IMG/VR virus record: IMGVR_UViG_3300028048_001497
Location: 1-64,000 of that record
Source: a virus
Taxonomy: Duplodnaviria > Caudoviricetes
Length of the DNA: 64,000 nucleotides
Reading direction: 5' to 3' (one strand)
In this document: piece by piece, positions 17,119-27,837 of the stretch
Layout: each line of letters begins with the position of its first letter
Numbering within the stretch: position 1 is the stretch's first letter
Position numbers and translations under genes: made by a program
Notes under the pieces: model-generated
What the model was told of the DNA's origin: nothing
The model's database searches: none
Seen by the model: only the letters and a program-made list of their open reading frames with translations

Positions 17119-19503
17119 ATGAATAAACCAGTTTCAGGTAGCAATTATCGTAGAACAGGTGCATTTACAGAAGAACTCAAAGTTTCTGCACAATCAGACC
17201 CAAATATGACAGTTGCTATTAACGAAGGTTCTTTTTATACTGAAGGTATGAAAATTGTTGAATATGAAGGTGGAACATCACCTGTCATTAAAGCACCTGC
17301 TATGAACAATGAATGGGTTATTATTTGCTTGAATAAGCAAGGAACGCTTTCTGTTGTTGAAGGTAAGCCAAGTTCAAAACCAGATGTACCTGATGTACCA
17401 AAAGATTATTTACCATTAGCTGCTATTTATTTAAAATCCACGAGTGCAAAAATTACATCAGATATGATTTTTGATATTCGTCCATTTATGGCTAGTGGTT
17501 CTTATCCAGGTGACCATAGCTTGTTGGAAAATACAGATTTGCCAAATTGTCACCCAATTTCTGCAATTACGAATTTGAAAGAAACATTAGCAGACAAAGC
17601 TACATATGCAGACCTTGATAAACTTGATTTAAAACTTGATAATATCAAAGGAACAAATACTGCAACATTTGTTTTAAATCAGGCACAAACAGGTGAACCA
17701 ACTGCAAATGTTGGGATTTCTGTTAATCGTGGCGATGAAAATTCTGTTGGATTACGTTACAATGAAAAGAAAGGCACATGGGAATTTACAAATGATGGTT
17801 CTGTATGGAATGAATTCGTTTCTACTGTCAACCTTGATGGTTCATTAAAAGACGCTACGGCTTCTGCAAAAGGTGTTGTAAAACTTTCTGCTGAACCAGC
17901 AGATGCGTTTAATCCAGTTGCGGTTGGGGATAATGACCCACGTATTTCTGCTATTGCTCTAAAAGCTAATGCAGATGATGTATATAGTAAAGCAGATATT
18001 GATGATTTATTGAAAAATAAAATTGATAATCAATTTACATATTCTCGTAAATCTATTGATGAAATGCTTGCAGGTAAAATGGACATCAATGTTCTTTACA
18101 CAGAAGCACAGATTGATGCTAAATTAATGGGTAAAGCAAATGTTGGTGACGCTTATACAAAGGCAGAAACCGATGTTGCTATGGTTAAAAAAGCTAATGT
18201 TGCAGATGTATATAGCAAAGTTGACGCTGATGCTTTGTTGAATAAAAAGGCAGATGTAACGTCTGTATATGATAAAACAAGTGCTGATACACTTCTTGCG
18301 GATAAAGCAGATAAAGCAACAACTTATACAAAATCTGAAGTAGATGGTCTTTTATTGAATAAAGCAGATATTTCTACTGTTTACACACAGTCAGAAGTGG
18401 ATAATGCTCTTGCACTAAAAGCCAATACATTAGATGTATATAATAAAATAGATGTTGATGGTTTCTTAACATTAAAAGCAGATGTAGCTACGACTTATAC
18501 AAAGACAGAAGCAGATGGTAAATTCGCTCTTGCTTTAAATACGTATAAGAAAGATGAAGTAGATACTGCTCTTAACGATAAGGCAAATGTAGCAGATGTA
18601 TATGATAAGACTAGTGCAGATGGATTATTTGCAACGAAAGCAAATGTAGCAGATGTATATACAAAAGATGATGTTGATATTAAATTAACAAATAAAGCTG
18701 ATTTGAATAAAGTATATACTAAAGTGGAAATGGCTAGTCAGTTATTACCATATGCAAAATCAGATGATGTTGTTGCTACATTGAACAACTATGCAAAATC
18801 TGATAATGTATATACAAAGACTTCTGTTGATACATTGTTAAGCTCTAAAGCTGATACAACCGCAGTTAATACAGCTTTAAATGAAAAAGCAGATAAAGCA
18901 CAATATTATTCTTCCGCAGTTATTGATAGTAAATTAAGTAACTATGTTACAAAAGCAGATTTTAATGTACTTCAAACACAAGCAGTTAAAGTTGCCGATG
19001 TATATACAAAAGATGATATTGATGCTAAATTAGCAGATAAAGGTAACAAAGCAGAATTAATTAATTTACTTTCTACAAAAGCAGATGATACAGATTTAGA
19101 TGCTTATGTTACTAAGACAGATTTAGATACAAAATTAAGTAAATATGCTAAATCTACATTAATTGATTCTAAAGCAAATGTAGCAGATGTTTATGATAAA
19201 GACTTTATTGATACAAATGTAGCTCTTAAAAGTTCTGTTGATACGAAACTTGCTTCTTATGCAAAAACGGCAGATGTGGTTTCAAAAGCAACTCTTACAA
19301 ATACGCTTGTTGATTATGCAAAAGCTACAGATGTATCTGCTTTACAGAGTGCTCAATCTTCATTTGCAACAAAGACGGAATTAGCAAATTATGCTAAAAA
19401 GACAGATAATGCAACTTCTGTTGTACTTACTTCTGCTAATGGTACAAAATATCGTTTAGTAGTAGCAGATGATGGAACACTTTCCACATCCAAAGTAGAA
19501 TAA
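17119..19503 (+). CDS. Fibre-like virion protein with ~19-aa KAxxxDVYTKxExD repeats
   Basis: GAGGTG SD; many tandem KA..DVY.K repeats; ATASAKGVVKLS fibre motif; C-terminal LTSANGTKYRLVVADDGTL motif typical of phage fibres. Confidence 0.75.
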   Translation: MNKPVSGSNYRRTGAFTEELKVSAQSDPNMTVAINEGSFYTEGMKIVEYEGGTSPVIKAPAMNNEWVIICLNKQGTLSVVEGKPSSKPDVPDVPKDYLPLAAIYLKSTSAKITSDMIFDIRPFMASGSYPGDHSLLENTDLPNCHPISAITNLKETLADKATYADLDKLDLKLDNIKGTNTATFVLNQAQTGEPTANVGISVNRGDENSVGLRYNEKKGTWEFTNDGSVWNEFVSTVNLDGSLKDATASAKGVVKLSAEPADAFNPVAVGDNDPRISAIALKANADDVYSKADIDDLLKNKIDNQFTYSRKSIDEMLAGKMDINVLYTEAQIDAKLMGKANVGDAYTKAETDVAMVKKANVADVYSKVDADALLNKKADVTSVYDKTSADTLLADKADKATTYTKSEVDGLLLNKADISTVYTQSEVDNALALKANTLDVYNKIDVDGFLTLKADVATTYTKTEADGKFALALNTYKKDEVDTALNDKANVADVYDKTSADGLFATKANVADVYTKDDVDIKLTNKADLNKVYTKVEMASQLLPYAKSDDVVATLNNYAKSDNVYTKTSVDTLLSSKADTTAVNTALNEKADKAQYYSSAVIDSKLSNYVTKADFNVLQTQAVKVADVYTKDDIDAKLADKGNKAELINLLSTKADDTDLDAYVTKTDLDTKLSKYAKSTLIDSKANVADVYDKDFIDTNVALKSSVDTKLASYAKTADVVSKATLTNTLVDYAKATDVSALQSAQSSFATKTELANYAKKTDNATSVVLTSANGTKYRLVVADDGTLSTSKVE

Positions 19504-19523
19504 TTTTATTTTAGAATATATAG

Positions 19524-19555
19524 ACAAGCTGTTCTTCATTGAATAGCTTGTTTTT
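19524..19555 (+). terminator. Intrinsic terminator
   Basis: ACAAGCTGTTC/GAATAGCTTGT plus T-run. Confidence 0.75.
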
Positions 19556-19652
19556 GTATATAATAAAAGATAGGGACAATATAAAATATACCATAGTTTA
19601 TATATCTTTTTTAGATGAAAAATCTTTCTTGGTGAAAGTTTGGTGAAAAATT

Positions 19653-21395
19653 TTGAGAAAGAATCATAGAACTGTAAAAGCAGGATATGATGGAAATCTT
19701 GCTAAAAATAGCATTGTAAATAAATCAGATTTGCCAAAAAAAGTACAGGCAAGAATGAAACGTAAAACGGTTCGTGCTGCTACTGGCGCAGTTAGAATGG
19801 GTAATCCAACTTTCTATCAGCCACTATTTCAAACAACAAATATGTTGTTGCCTAGAGATAGACGTGAACGTAATGAATGGTGCAGACATTTTTATCGTAC
19901 AGAACCAATTATTGCAACGGCATTAGATTTACATACGGAATTTCCAATTTCTGATTTAAGCAATATTTGTAGCGACCCATATATTAAAAGATTTTTTGAT
20001 TATATGGCTTTTGATAAATTGGATTTAATTAATTTATTATTAGATATTGGACTGGAATATTGGAAAATTGGTGATGTTTTTCCATTTGGTCAATTTAATG
20101 AATCAGAAGGAATATGGGAAAATTTCACTTTATTAAATCCTGATTATGTAAATGTTACTTCTTCTATTTTTGCAGGGGAACAACAGATTGAATTAATTCC
20201 TGATGACCAGATAACGAATATTATTTCAGGTGGGCCGTCAGGGGAATTTGGTGATTTGTATCGTCAATTTCCTGATGATATAATTACACAAGTTAAAATG
20301 GGAAAGAATATTCAATTAGATAATCGTTTGGTTTCTCATATTGCTCATAAAGCAAGTCCTTATGAGACATGGGGAACTCCATTAATGATGCGTTGTTTTA
20401 AAACGTTAATTTATAAAGATAAATTACGTCAAGCGCAGGACGCAATTGCAAATCGTCACATTATGCCTTTACGTGTAGCTAAAATTGGTACACCAGGTGA
20501 ACCAATGCCAACAACAGAGGATATTGAAAGTTTCCGTGATACTTTGTTGGAAGTCGAAGATGACCCAAATTCATTTATTGTATATCATTATGGCTTATCT
20601 TTTGAATATGTTGGTTCTACAGGAAAAATTCTTCCATTAAATACAGAATTTGATTTTATTCAAAATGAATTAATGACAGGATTAGGTATTACACAAGCTA
20701 TGCTAAATGGTGATGGTTCTGCATATTCCGCAGCAAATGTTGGTGCAGAAGCATTAGCTAGAAGATATATGGCCTATAGACTGCGTTTGGAATCGTGGAT
20801 TAGAAATAAAGTATATAAACCTATTGCAGAAACGCAAGGATTTTATAAGCCTATAAATGGTTCTATTGCGCGTAGATATATGTCTCCAAAAGAAATTAAA
20901 CGTGCTGCTGCAAACAAGGAAATGGAATTAATTGTTCCAAAGATTTTGTGGCAACATCAAGATTTAACTTCAAATCAAACGGTTATGTCTTTTATTCAAA
21001 GTTTAAGGGATAAAGGATTAGTATCTATGACAACAGTATTGCCATTACTTAGTCTTGACCCTGAAACAGAAAAACGTAATTTGGAGAAAGAACGTGGAAC
21101 TGTATTCGATGAAAACCGTCCTAAAACGGGGCCTCTTCCGAATGAAGGTAAGCCAATTGTTAATGAATATGAGACAGGTGATACAATTAGAGAGAATAAA
21201 CCGTCTCGTGATGAAGAAGATAATGAAAATTCATTTGATAGACCAAATACACCAGGAGGAACTCCTAGTGTTGGTAATAATCCTGAAGATTTTGGATTGG
21301 AAACTCATAATGATGTAAAAACATCGTTAGATTTAGATAAATTCTTTAATCGAAGAAGAAACACTATGGTGAATACACGTATAAAAAATGAGTAA
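19653..21395 (+). CDS. Portal protein
   Basis: WCRHFYRTEPIIATALDLHTEFP, WGTPLMMRCFKTL and PLRVAKIG, as in Bxz1-type portals; size and position before the protease also fit. Confidence 0.85.
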   Translation: MRKNHRTVKAGYDGNLAKNSIVNKSDLPKKVQARMKRKTVRAATGAVRMGNPTFYQPLFQTTNMLLPRDRRERNEWCRHFYRTEPIIATALDLHTEFPISDLSNICSDPYIKRFFDYMAFDKLDLINLLLDIGLEYWKIGDVFPFGQFNESEGIWENFTLLNPDYVNVTSSIFAGEQQIELIPDDQITNIISGGPSGEFGDLYRQFPDDIITQVKMGKNIQLDNRLVSHIAHKASPYETWGTPLMMRCFKTLIYKDKLRQAQDAIANRHIMPLRVAKIGTPGEPMPTTEDIESFRDTLLEVEDDPNSFIVYHYGLSFEYVGSTGKILPLNTEFDFIQNELMTGLGITQAMLNGDGSAYSAANVGAEALARRYMAYRLRLESWIRNKVYKPIAETQGFYKPINGSIARRYMSPKEIKRAAANKEMELIVPKILWQHQDLTSNQTVMSFIQSLRDKGLVSMTTVLPLLSLDPETEKRNLEKERGTVFDENRPKTGPLPNEGKPIVNEYETGDTIRENKPSRDEEDNENSFDRPNTPGGTPSVGNNPEDFGLETHNDVKTSLDLDKFFNRRRNTMVNTRIKNE

Positions 21396-21410
21396 AGAAA
21401 GGTTGATATA

Positions 21411-22433
21411 ATGGAACAGGTTGTTAAAAACATTTCAAAAGATTTAATGATACAAATAAATGAAATTTTAAATAATGACTATTTAGACGCTCCATTATAT
21501 GAAAAAGCAGAAGCTATTACACAAGAGTTAGAGAAGAACATAGGAGCTATTAGTCAACGTGCTATAAAATCTATGGACAGGACATATGATATTCCATCAA
21601 AAGCATATAAAGATTTTATTGAACAATATAAAGATTCACTTGACGAATGGACAAAAGAAGTATATTTAGTGTTAGAAAAAATAAATAACTCTTATCACGA
21701 ATTTAATCAACAATTTCTTTTTTCATTTGAAAAGATTGTAAATAAAGAAATACAGTTTTTGTATAAAAATTTACAATGGATTATTATAAGAGAAAAAAAT
21801 ATTGACGTGGAATTTATAGCACACAATTCTTCTTGCCTTGCTTGTCATTTTATGTCTGATAACGATATGACGTTTCAAGGTGACGTAATACAAGACGATT
21901 GTGATTCTTATTTTATTAAAAAACCTGATACACTAGAAGTAGATAATTTAATTTCCAATGGAATACATATTTATGATGTTCCCAAGAAATATAAACATCA
22001 AGTAGCTTCATTTTATAAAATGTTGTCTTTTAAATATAAAAGATTTATTAAAGATAAAATTAAAATTAAATTTGTTCAAGAGTTTAATTTAGATAATAAA
22101 TACAAAGATATAACAGATTTGATTGAATATCTTTATAATAATGATGAAAACATGTATTTAATTAAATTCGATATAAAAACTTTTCGTTATTACATATTAA
22201 AATCTTTATTGAGTTTAGAAACAATTCCTGATGAAGTGAAAAACAATTATTATGACAAACTACACAAAGACGTGATTTTTTCAGGTGACAAATTTATTAA
22301 TTATTTAGCAGGACAAAGCGATGAAGATTATTATCAAGAAACATTTATCGCATATGTTTTATCTCCAGACAAACTAAAACAAGTAGATAGAGGAATGTTC
22401 ATGTATTGGACAAATGAAATCGAAAGGAGATAA
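21411..22433 (+). CDS. Putative minor head (MuF-like) protein with degenerate zincin-like C-terminus
   Basis: Directly after the portal; SCLAC motif; C-terminal EDYYQETFIAYVLSPDKLK pattern. Confidence 0.45.
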   Translation: MEQVVKNISKDLMIQINEILNNDYLDAPLYEKAEAITQELEKNIGAISQRAIKSMDRTYDIPSKAYKDFIEQYKDSLDEWTKEVYLVLEKINNSYHEFNQQFLFSFEKIVNKEIQFLYKNLQWIIIREKNIDVEFIAHNSSCLACHFMSDNDMTFQGDVIQDDCDSYFIKKPDTLEVDNLISNGIHIYDVPKKYKHQVASFYKMLSFKYKRFIKDKIKIKFVQEFNLDNKYKDITDLIEYLYNNDENMYLIKFDIKTFRYYILKSLLSLETIPDEVKNNYYDKLHKDVIFSGDKFINYLAGQSDEDYYQETFIAYVLSPDKLKQVDRGMFMYWTNEIERR

Positions 22434-22436
22434 AAT

Positions 22437-22754
22437 ATGTATACTTTTAATATTTTGAAAAATAATGAAGTCCTAGCTAAAATTGTAATTGATGAAAAAA
22501 CAGAAAATATGGGTTTCGTCAATGATAAAGATATAGAACTAAATAATATATTGAATATTTTAACCGATATTCCTTATTTAACAACAAGAACAGGGGATAA
22601 GGTTGGTTCATCCTATGTACAGATGAAAGAAAAAATATCATTAAAAGACAGTAGATTTTATGATGTTTTAAAATCACAATTACTTGATTATGATTTTTCA
22701 CCTGTAGTAAAAATTGAAAATAAAACAATTAAACAAGTATTAGATGAAAACTGA
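22437..22754 (+). CDS. Hypothetical protein
   Basis: AAGGAG SD; ORF track. Confidence 0.7.
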   Translation: MYTFNILKNNEVLAKIVIDEKTENMGFVNDKDIELNNILNILTDIPYLTTRTGDKVGSSYVQMKEKISLKDSRFYDVLKSQLLDYDFSPVVKIENKTIKQVLDEN

Positions 22755-22790
22755 TTTTATCTCCGTTTATATAAAGGGAGAGAAAATTAA

Positions 22791-23090
22791 ATGTTTAAAA
22801 GATTAAGTAATCATGTATCTCCGTATACGCATGATGTGGTTACTACTTTAGTTAAAAAACAGGCTACGGATAAAATGAATAGTAGTAATGCATTATTAAT
22901 TGCGAAAAAAATTCTTGCAGATTTACCACTTGTTCCCACAGGTGGATTAACGTATAATTTAGCACAATCTATTCAGTTTGGCTTATTAGATGAAGTTTGC
23001 CCTATTGAAGAAGTAGATAGTCATTGGCAAGAATGTTTGGATGTAGCTAGTCGCTATTTACATGAAATGAAAATTTGGGAAACTTTTTAA
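22791..23090 (+). CDS. Hypothetical small protein (MFKRLS start)
   Basis: GGGAG SD; ORF track. Confidence 0.7.
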   Translation: MFKRLSNHVSPYTHDVVTTLVKKQATDKMNSSNALLIAKKILADLPLVPTGGLTYNLAQSIQFGLLDEVCPIEEVDSHWQECLDVASRYLHEMKIWETF

Positions 23091-23107
23091 TAAGTGTGGT
23101 GAATTAA

Positions 23108-24007
23108 ATGTTTGTTATTAATAATACGAGAGGACGCATAGAAGATTATACAGTAGAACAAAATGGTAATGTAACATTATTCGGCAATAGAAAAGCGGAT
23201 TTGACTTTATTGAAAGATAGTAATACATTAAAGAATATTACTAAAACTGCAAAGGTAGTTAAGATTGTTCCAAAGGAAAAAGATTTTCTTTATATTCGCA
23301 ATCGTGCAGTTTCAGCAGGCAATGTTATTGAACATAAAGGTGGTTCAGTAGAATTAGTTCCAATAGATGAATATTATAATAATTTTGCAAAGTATTCGCA
23401 AATTTGTAGAAATGCAAATCTTAATGGAGACTTTTTCTCGCATGAAGAATTGTTAAAAACATATAAAACGTTCATTGGTAAATCTGTTTTCGTAGACCAT
23501 GTAGATGAAAATGTTGAGGATGCTCGTGGTATTATTTTAGATGCAATTTATAATACAGATGGATATTTTGTTGAATTGTTAGAAGCAATTGATAAAAAGG
23601 CTTTTCCACAATTAGCTTCAGGTATTGAAAAACGTTATGTAACAGATACTTCTATGGGATGCCATTGTGAATACGCTATTTGTTCAATTTGTGGACATGA
23701 AGCTAGAACGAACGATGATGTTTGCGAACATATTTTAAATTATAAAGGATTAACATATAACGGACTTCCTGTTTTTGAAGATAATCGTGGGGTTGAGTTT
23801 TTTGAAGATTCTTTGGTGACTACTGGTGCTGACCCTGATGCAAAAATTCTTGAAAGAGTTGCTTCAAAACAAAATCGTTCAGGTGTTTTTGTACCAAAAT
23901 ATTATCATAAAGAAGATAATGTTTATAGGAATGAGAAAAATCAAAGAACGTTTAATGGGAAAGTACAATCATTAAGTGATAAATTAAGTAATCTTCCTTG
24001 GTCATAA
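23108..24007 (+). CDS. Prohead (capsid maturation) protease
   Basis: NLNGDFFSHEEL..YKTFIGKSVFVDH, ARGIILDA, TSMGC...CSICGH, FFEDSLV..GADPDAKI; position after the portal. Confidence 0.85.
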   Translation: MFVINNTRGRIEDYTVEQNGNVTLFGNRKADLTLLKDSNTLKNITKTAKVVKIVPKEKDFLYIRNRAVSAGNVIEHKGGSVELVPIDEYYNNFAKYSQICRNANLNGDFFSHEELLKTYKTFIGKSVFVDHVDENVEDARGIILDAIYNTDGYFVELLEAIDKKAFPQLASGIEKRYVTDTSMGCHCEYAICSICGHEARTNDDVCEHILNYKGLTYNGLPVFEDNRGVEFFEDSLVTTGADPDAKILERVASKQNRSGVFVPKYYHKEDNVYRNEKNQRTFNGKVQSLSDKLSNLPWS

Positions 24008-24041
24008 AAAAGAAGTGGAAAAAAATACTCCACTTCTTTTT
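24006..24041 (+). terminator. Intrinsic terminator
   Basis: AAAAGAAGTGGA/TCCACTTCTTTT. Confidence 0.75.
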
Positions 24042-24147
24042 GTTTTGGTAATAAAATGAGTATAATAATATATAACGTGATTAAACTTTTATTTTTAAAA
24101 TAGAAGATGAAATCGTTTTAATATAAAAGTGAGTTGAAATATAAATT

Positions 24148-24642
24148 ATGAATAAAAGATTAATTAAAGCAGATAATTCCGAAGCTATTGAAAGCGTTGT
24201 TAAAGGCGTAGCAAAGGACGGTCGTAAAATTCTAAAAGACTTAGAAAATTTCAAATTTAAAATGGAACAATGTACAAATGTTTCTGCAAATAGTGATTTG
24301 CGTGATAAAATCCATCAACAATATGATATGGTTGATAAAGTTATGGATGGCTTGTTTAGTGTTTGCTATGATTTGGAAAACTTTAGTTTAGTTCCACAAT
24401 ACAATGTAGACCAGATTGATATGAGTAATCAAGACAATCCTGATTCTGATAATAACAATTATGATTTGAACGAAGAAATTCCTGCTGATACAACTCCTGA
24501 AGAAGAACCTGCGGAAGAAGAAACCACAGATGAAAATAAAAATGAAGAAGGTTCAGATGAAGGTGGATTAGATTTCGATTTAGATAACGAAGGCAATAAA
24601 GAGGAAAGCGGTTCGGAAGAAGAAAATAATTCCGAAGAATAA
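24148..24642 (+). CDS. Hypothetical protein, helical N-terminus and acidic tail (MNKRLIKA start)
   Basis: ORF track; KRL motif. Confidence 0.7.
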   Translation: MNKRLIKADNSEAIESVVKGVAKDGRKILKDLENFKFKMEQCTNVSANSDLRDKIHQQYDMVDKVMDGLFSVCYDLENFSLVPQYNVDQIDMSNQDNPDSDNNNYDLNEEIPADTTPEEEPAEEETTDENKNEEGSDEGGLDFDLDNEGNKEESGSEEENNSEE

Positions 24643-24652
24643 TTAACGAAAG

Positions 24653-25375
24653 GTGGTAAATTTTTTGAAACTAAAAATTGTAAAACCAAAACCAAAGTTT
24701 TATCGTATTAGTTATGCTATGTTAGACAATTTACTACAGAAAGAAAAACCATTAAAAAAGGAAACGATAGAGCCTAAAAAAACTGTTTTAAATAAATCTG
24801 TTAGTAAATTTGCAGATAAATATGATAAAATTGTTGATGAAGCTATACAGAAACATTTAATTGATGAATCTGATAGAGAAATGAAACTATTAGAATTGAA
24901 AAGTTTATCAGATGAAGAATTTGATAATTATGTTAATGAAGTGCATAATGAAGAAAGTATCAATGTAACAAATGTTGCAGAAGATAGTAAGCAAGAAGAA
25001 ACGGAACATTTAACTGAAGCAGAATTGGCATTGAAACGCATTAAACAATCTGGGCCTATTATTGGTGATTTTAGTCAAGATACTCCAACTACTATGAATG
25101 CAGGTAGTATTGGAGGTAGCAATTCTCGTTCGTTAAGTGATATTCAAGCAGATAGAAAATTAGATATGGCAGGATATAGTGAAGAAAAGTCTATGGATGA
25201 TATAATGTCTAATTTAAGTAATAGTTTCAATACAAAGAAAAAAACTGTTGCTAATAAGAAACCTATGTCAGATTTTAAAGGATTAACAAAGCCTATTGTG
25301 CATGAAAGTAAACAGTTTACTCAATCTATGAGTGATATATTTAGCAATTTAGATTGGACGATGGGGAGCAGGTAA
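24653..25375 (+). CDS. Putative scaffolding-like protein (likely start TTG 24665)
   Basis: Charged helical protein between the protease and the capsid genes, with a hydrophobic C-terminal tip (IFSNLDWT). Confidence 0.45.
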   Translation: MVNFLKLKIVKPKPKFYRISYAMLDNLLQKEKPLKKETIEPKKTVLNKSVSKFADKYDKIVDEAIQKHLIDESDREMKLLELKSLSDEEFDNYVNEVHNEESINVTNVAEDSKQEETEHLTEAELALKRIKQSGPIIGDFSQDTPTTMNAGSIGGSNSRSLSDIQADRKLDMAGYSEEKSMDDIMSNLSNSFNTKKKTVANKKPMSDFKGLTKPIVHESKQFTQSMSDIFSNLDWTMGSR

Positions 25376-25378
25376 ACA

Positions 25379-27058
25379 ATGCTAAAATATCTGGATAGTT
25401 ATCAAGGTTTAGATTCTTTAAAAAATATGAATTTTGATGATTTAAATGGATTAATAAAAGATATAAAAATTTTAATATTAAAACGATGTTCAACAATTGG
25501 CGGTCATTTGGCAACAAATATTGGTAATGTTGAAAGTGTTGTAGTTTTATATCGTCATTTTAATCCTAAGAATGGATATATTGTGTATGATACCGCTCAT
25601 GAAGGTTATACACATAAAATTTTAACAGATAGAAAAAATACTTTTTTAGATAAATTAAAAGTCGGAACGTTGGTAACGCCGAGAGAATCAAAATATGATT
25701 ATGTTGGTTGTTCGCATGGTGGAGTTGGAGCTTCATATTTATGTGGATTTGCCAAAGTAACAGACAAACCATGTGTATTATATGTTGGTGATGGTACATT
25801 AACAAATGGAACAGAATTAGAAGGATTAAACCAAATTGCTATGTTGAAAAGGAATGTTGTTATTGTGGTTAATGATAACGGAATAACAATTATGCCTAGT
25901 TCTGGTGGAATCTATAAACACTTAAATCAAGAATTTTTTAATTCTTTTGGCTTGGATTATATTGAAGTAAAAGATGGATATAATTTAAAAGAATTGGATG
26001 AAGCGTATGCTAAAGCGTTTTTTGCTAACCATCCAATTGTTGTACATATACATACTGTAAAAGGTAAAGGCTATATTTATTCAGAAAAAAATCCTACAAA
26101 ATGGCATTTTTGTGATGAAGGATTTAATGTATTAAATGGTGATAATCATTATGCTGAAGGAAAATTATTGGATGCATTAGACGATACTGTTTCTGATATA
26201 ATGAAACAAAATAAGAATGTGTATGCAATTTCTACTTCTATGCCAGATTTGGGATTTGGAAAAAAAGTACAGTCATTTAAAGATAGATATTTTGATGTTG
26301 GTATGGCAGAAGAACATGCATTTGTGGAGTCTTGTGGAATTTCTCTGGCAGGTAAGTACACTATATTAGGAACATATTCTACGTTTTTTCAAAGAATGTA
26401 TGATATGATAATGACTTGTGGAGCATTTGATAAAATAAATATGACTATTTTGTTACATGAAAGTGGAATAAAAGAAAATAACATATTTCAAAATGGAATG
26501 TATGATATTTCTATTATCAACCAGTCACCACAAATTGTAGAATTGTGTCCAATTACAATAAATGATATTGTATCAATGTTATCTTATACAGTATCCCATG
26601 ATGGTATTTACGTTATTCGTATTCCAAATGGAATTGAAGAAATAAACGATGAAAAAATATATTTTGATAAAAATAATTCTATGAAAATTCTTTCATCGGA
26701 TAATACAGATTTGGTTTTTATTGGGGTTGGAAAATCTATTTATGAGGCTAAAAAGTATTCTGAAAAATATAAATCAACATTGATTTGTAGTACATCAAAT
26801 CAATTAGATAAAGAAATATTGGATAAATTTAAAAATTCAGAATTAATTGTTGTATTTGAAGATGGAATTGTTAGCGGTGGATTTGGAGATAAAATTAATA
26901 GATATTTTTCTTTAGATGATGTTAAAGTTTTGCCTGTAGGAATATCAAATTATAATTATTTTGGCAATCCAAATGATAAGAATATAGAAGATATTTATAA
27001 AGAAAATGATATTGATTTTGACTCTATTTGTAAAAAAATTGATAGTGTGATAAAATGA
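25379..27058 (+). CDS. dxs: 1-deoxy-D-xylulose-5-phosphate synthase-like ThDP enzyme (divergent)
   Basis: GGHL, YTHKILTDR, GDG...NDN ThDP motif, HTVKGKGY, DVGMAEEHA, YSTFFQRMYD. Confidence 0.85.
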   Translation: MLKYLDSYQGLDSLKNMNFDDLNGLIKDIKILILKRCSTIGGHLATNIGNVESVVVLYRHFNPKNGYIVYDTAHEGYTHKILTDRKNTFLDKLKVGTLVTPRESKYDYVGCSHGGVGASYLCGFAKVTDKPCVLYVGDGTLTNGTELEGLNQIAMLKRNVVIVVNDNGITIMPSSGGIYKHLNQEFFNSFGLDYIEVKDGYNLKELDEAYAKAFFANHPIVVHIHTVKGKGYIYSEKNPTKWHFCDEGFNVLNGDNHYAEGKLLDALDDTVSDIMKQNKNVYAISTSMPDLGFGKKVQSFKDRYFDVGMAEEHAFVESCGISLAGKYTILGTYSTFFQRMYDMIMTCGAFDKINMTILLHESGIKENNIFQNGMYDISIINQSPQIVELCPITINDIVSMLSYTVSHDGIYVIRIPNGIEEINDEKIYFDKNNSMKILSSDNTDLVFIGVGKSIYEAKKYSEKYKSTLICSTSNQLDKEILDKFKNSELIVVFEDGIVSGGFGDKINRYFSLDDVKVLPVGISNYNYFGNPNDKNIEDIYKENDIDFDSICKKIDSVIK

Positions 27059-27837
27059 AAATTCCTAAAATGACTTTTTATATAAATTCTAATTGTAATT
27101 TAAATTGCAAAGGTTGTGCTCACTTTGCTCCATTAGCTAAACCTTGGAAAATAAAATTAAAAGATTTTAAAAATGAGGTAAATTTAATATATAATTTATG
27201 TGAACCTGAACAGATTTCAATATTAGGTGGAGAACCATTATTACATGATGAATTGGATGAGATATTGAAATATGCAAGAAAAATATTTACAAAGCAAAAA
27301 ATTTCATTTGTAACGAATGGTATTTTGTTGAATAAGTATTTTGATAAAGATTTGTTTAAATGTATTAAAGAAAATAATATTAATATCCGATTTTCTGTAT
27401 ATCCTATTGATGTAAATTATAATTTGATTTTTAAAAAATTAGATTTATTAAAAATTTCATATGATACAGAAAATGATTTTGTAAATAATAAAAATGAGCC
27501 GTGGTTTCATTATCATTATCACAAAAAAGATAATAAAGTAGCTGAGTATTGTTATATACGCGATGCTTTAGATAGTCCACAGGTTTATAATTATAAAGTT
27601 TTTGGATGTGCTACGACTGCATATATTTGTCATTTTAATCAATATTTTAATGAAAATTTTCCATTAGAAAAAGATGATTATTTGGATTTGAAAAATTGTT
27701 CTATTGAAAATTTTGATAGGTTTATTAATAACTTACATGAGAATGGAACATCTTTTTGTAAAAATTATTGTAGTTATGAGACTAATGATAAATGGAAATG
27801 GGGATTAACAGAAAGGAATAAAAAAGAATGGACATAA
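27055..27837 (+). CDS. Radical SAM protein
   Basis: CNLNCKGC, LGGEPLLH, VTNG; ATGA overlap with the dxs-like gene. Confidence 0.88.
   Translation: MKIPKMTFYINSNCNLNCKGCAHFAPLAKPWKIKLKDFKNEVNLIYNLCEPEQISILGGEPLLHDELDEILKYARKIFTKQKISFVTNGILLNKYFDKDLFKCIKENNINIRFSVYPIDVNYNLIFKKLDLLKISYDTENDFVNNKNEPWFHYHYHKKDNKVAEYCYIRDALDSPQVYNYKVFGCATTAYICHFNQYFNENFPLEKDDYLDLKNCSIENFDRFINNLHENGTSFCKNYCSYETNDKWKWGLTERNKKEWT

Noticed and set aside
17960-19400. Periodic DNA repeats as a possible CRISPR array
   Set aside because: They are degenerate in-frame coding repeats with no constant repeat/unique spacer pattern. No CRISPR array or cas gene was seen in the window.
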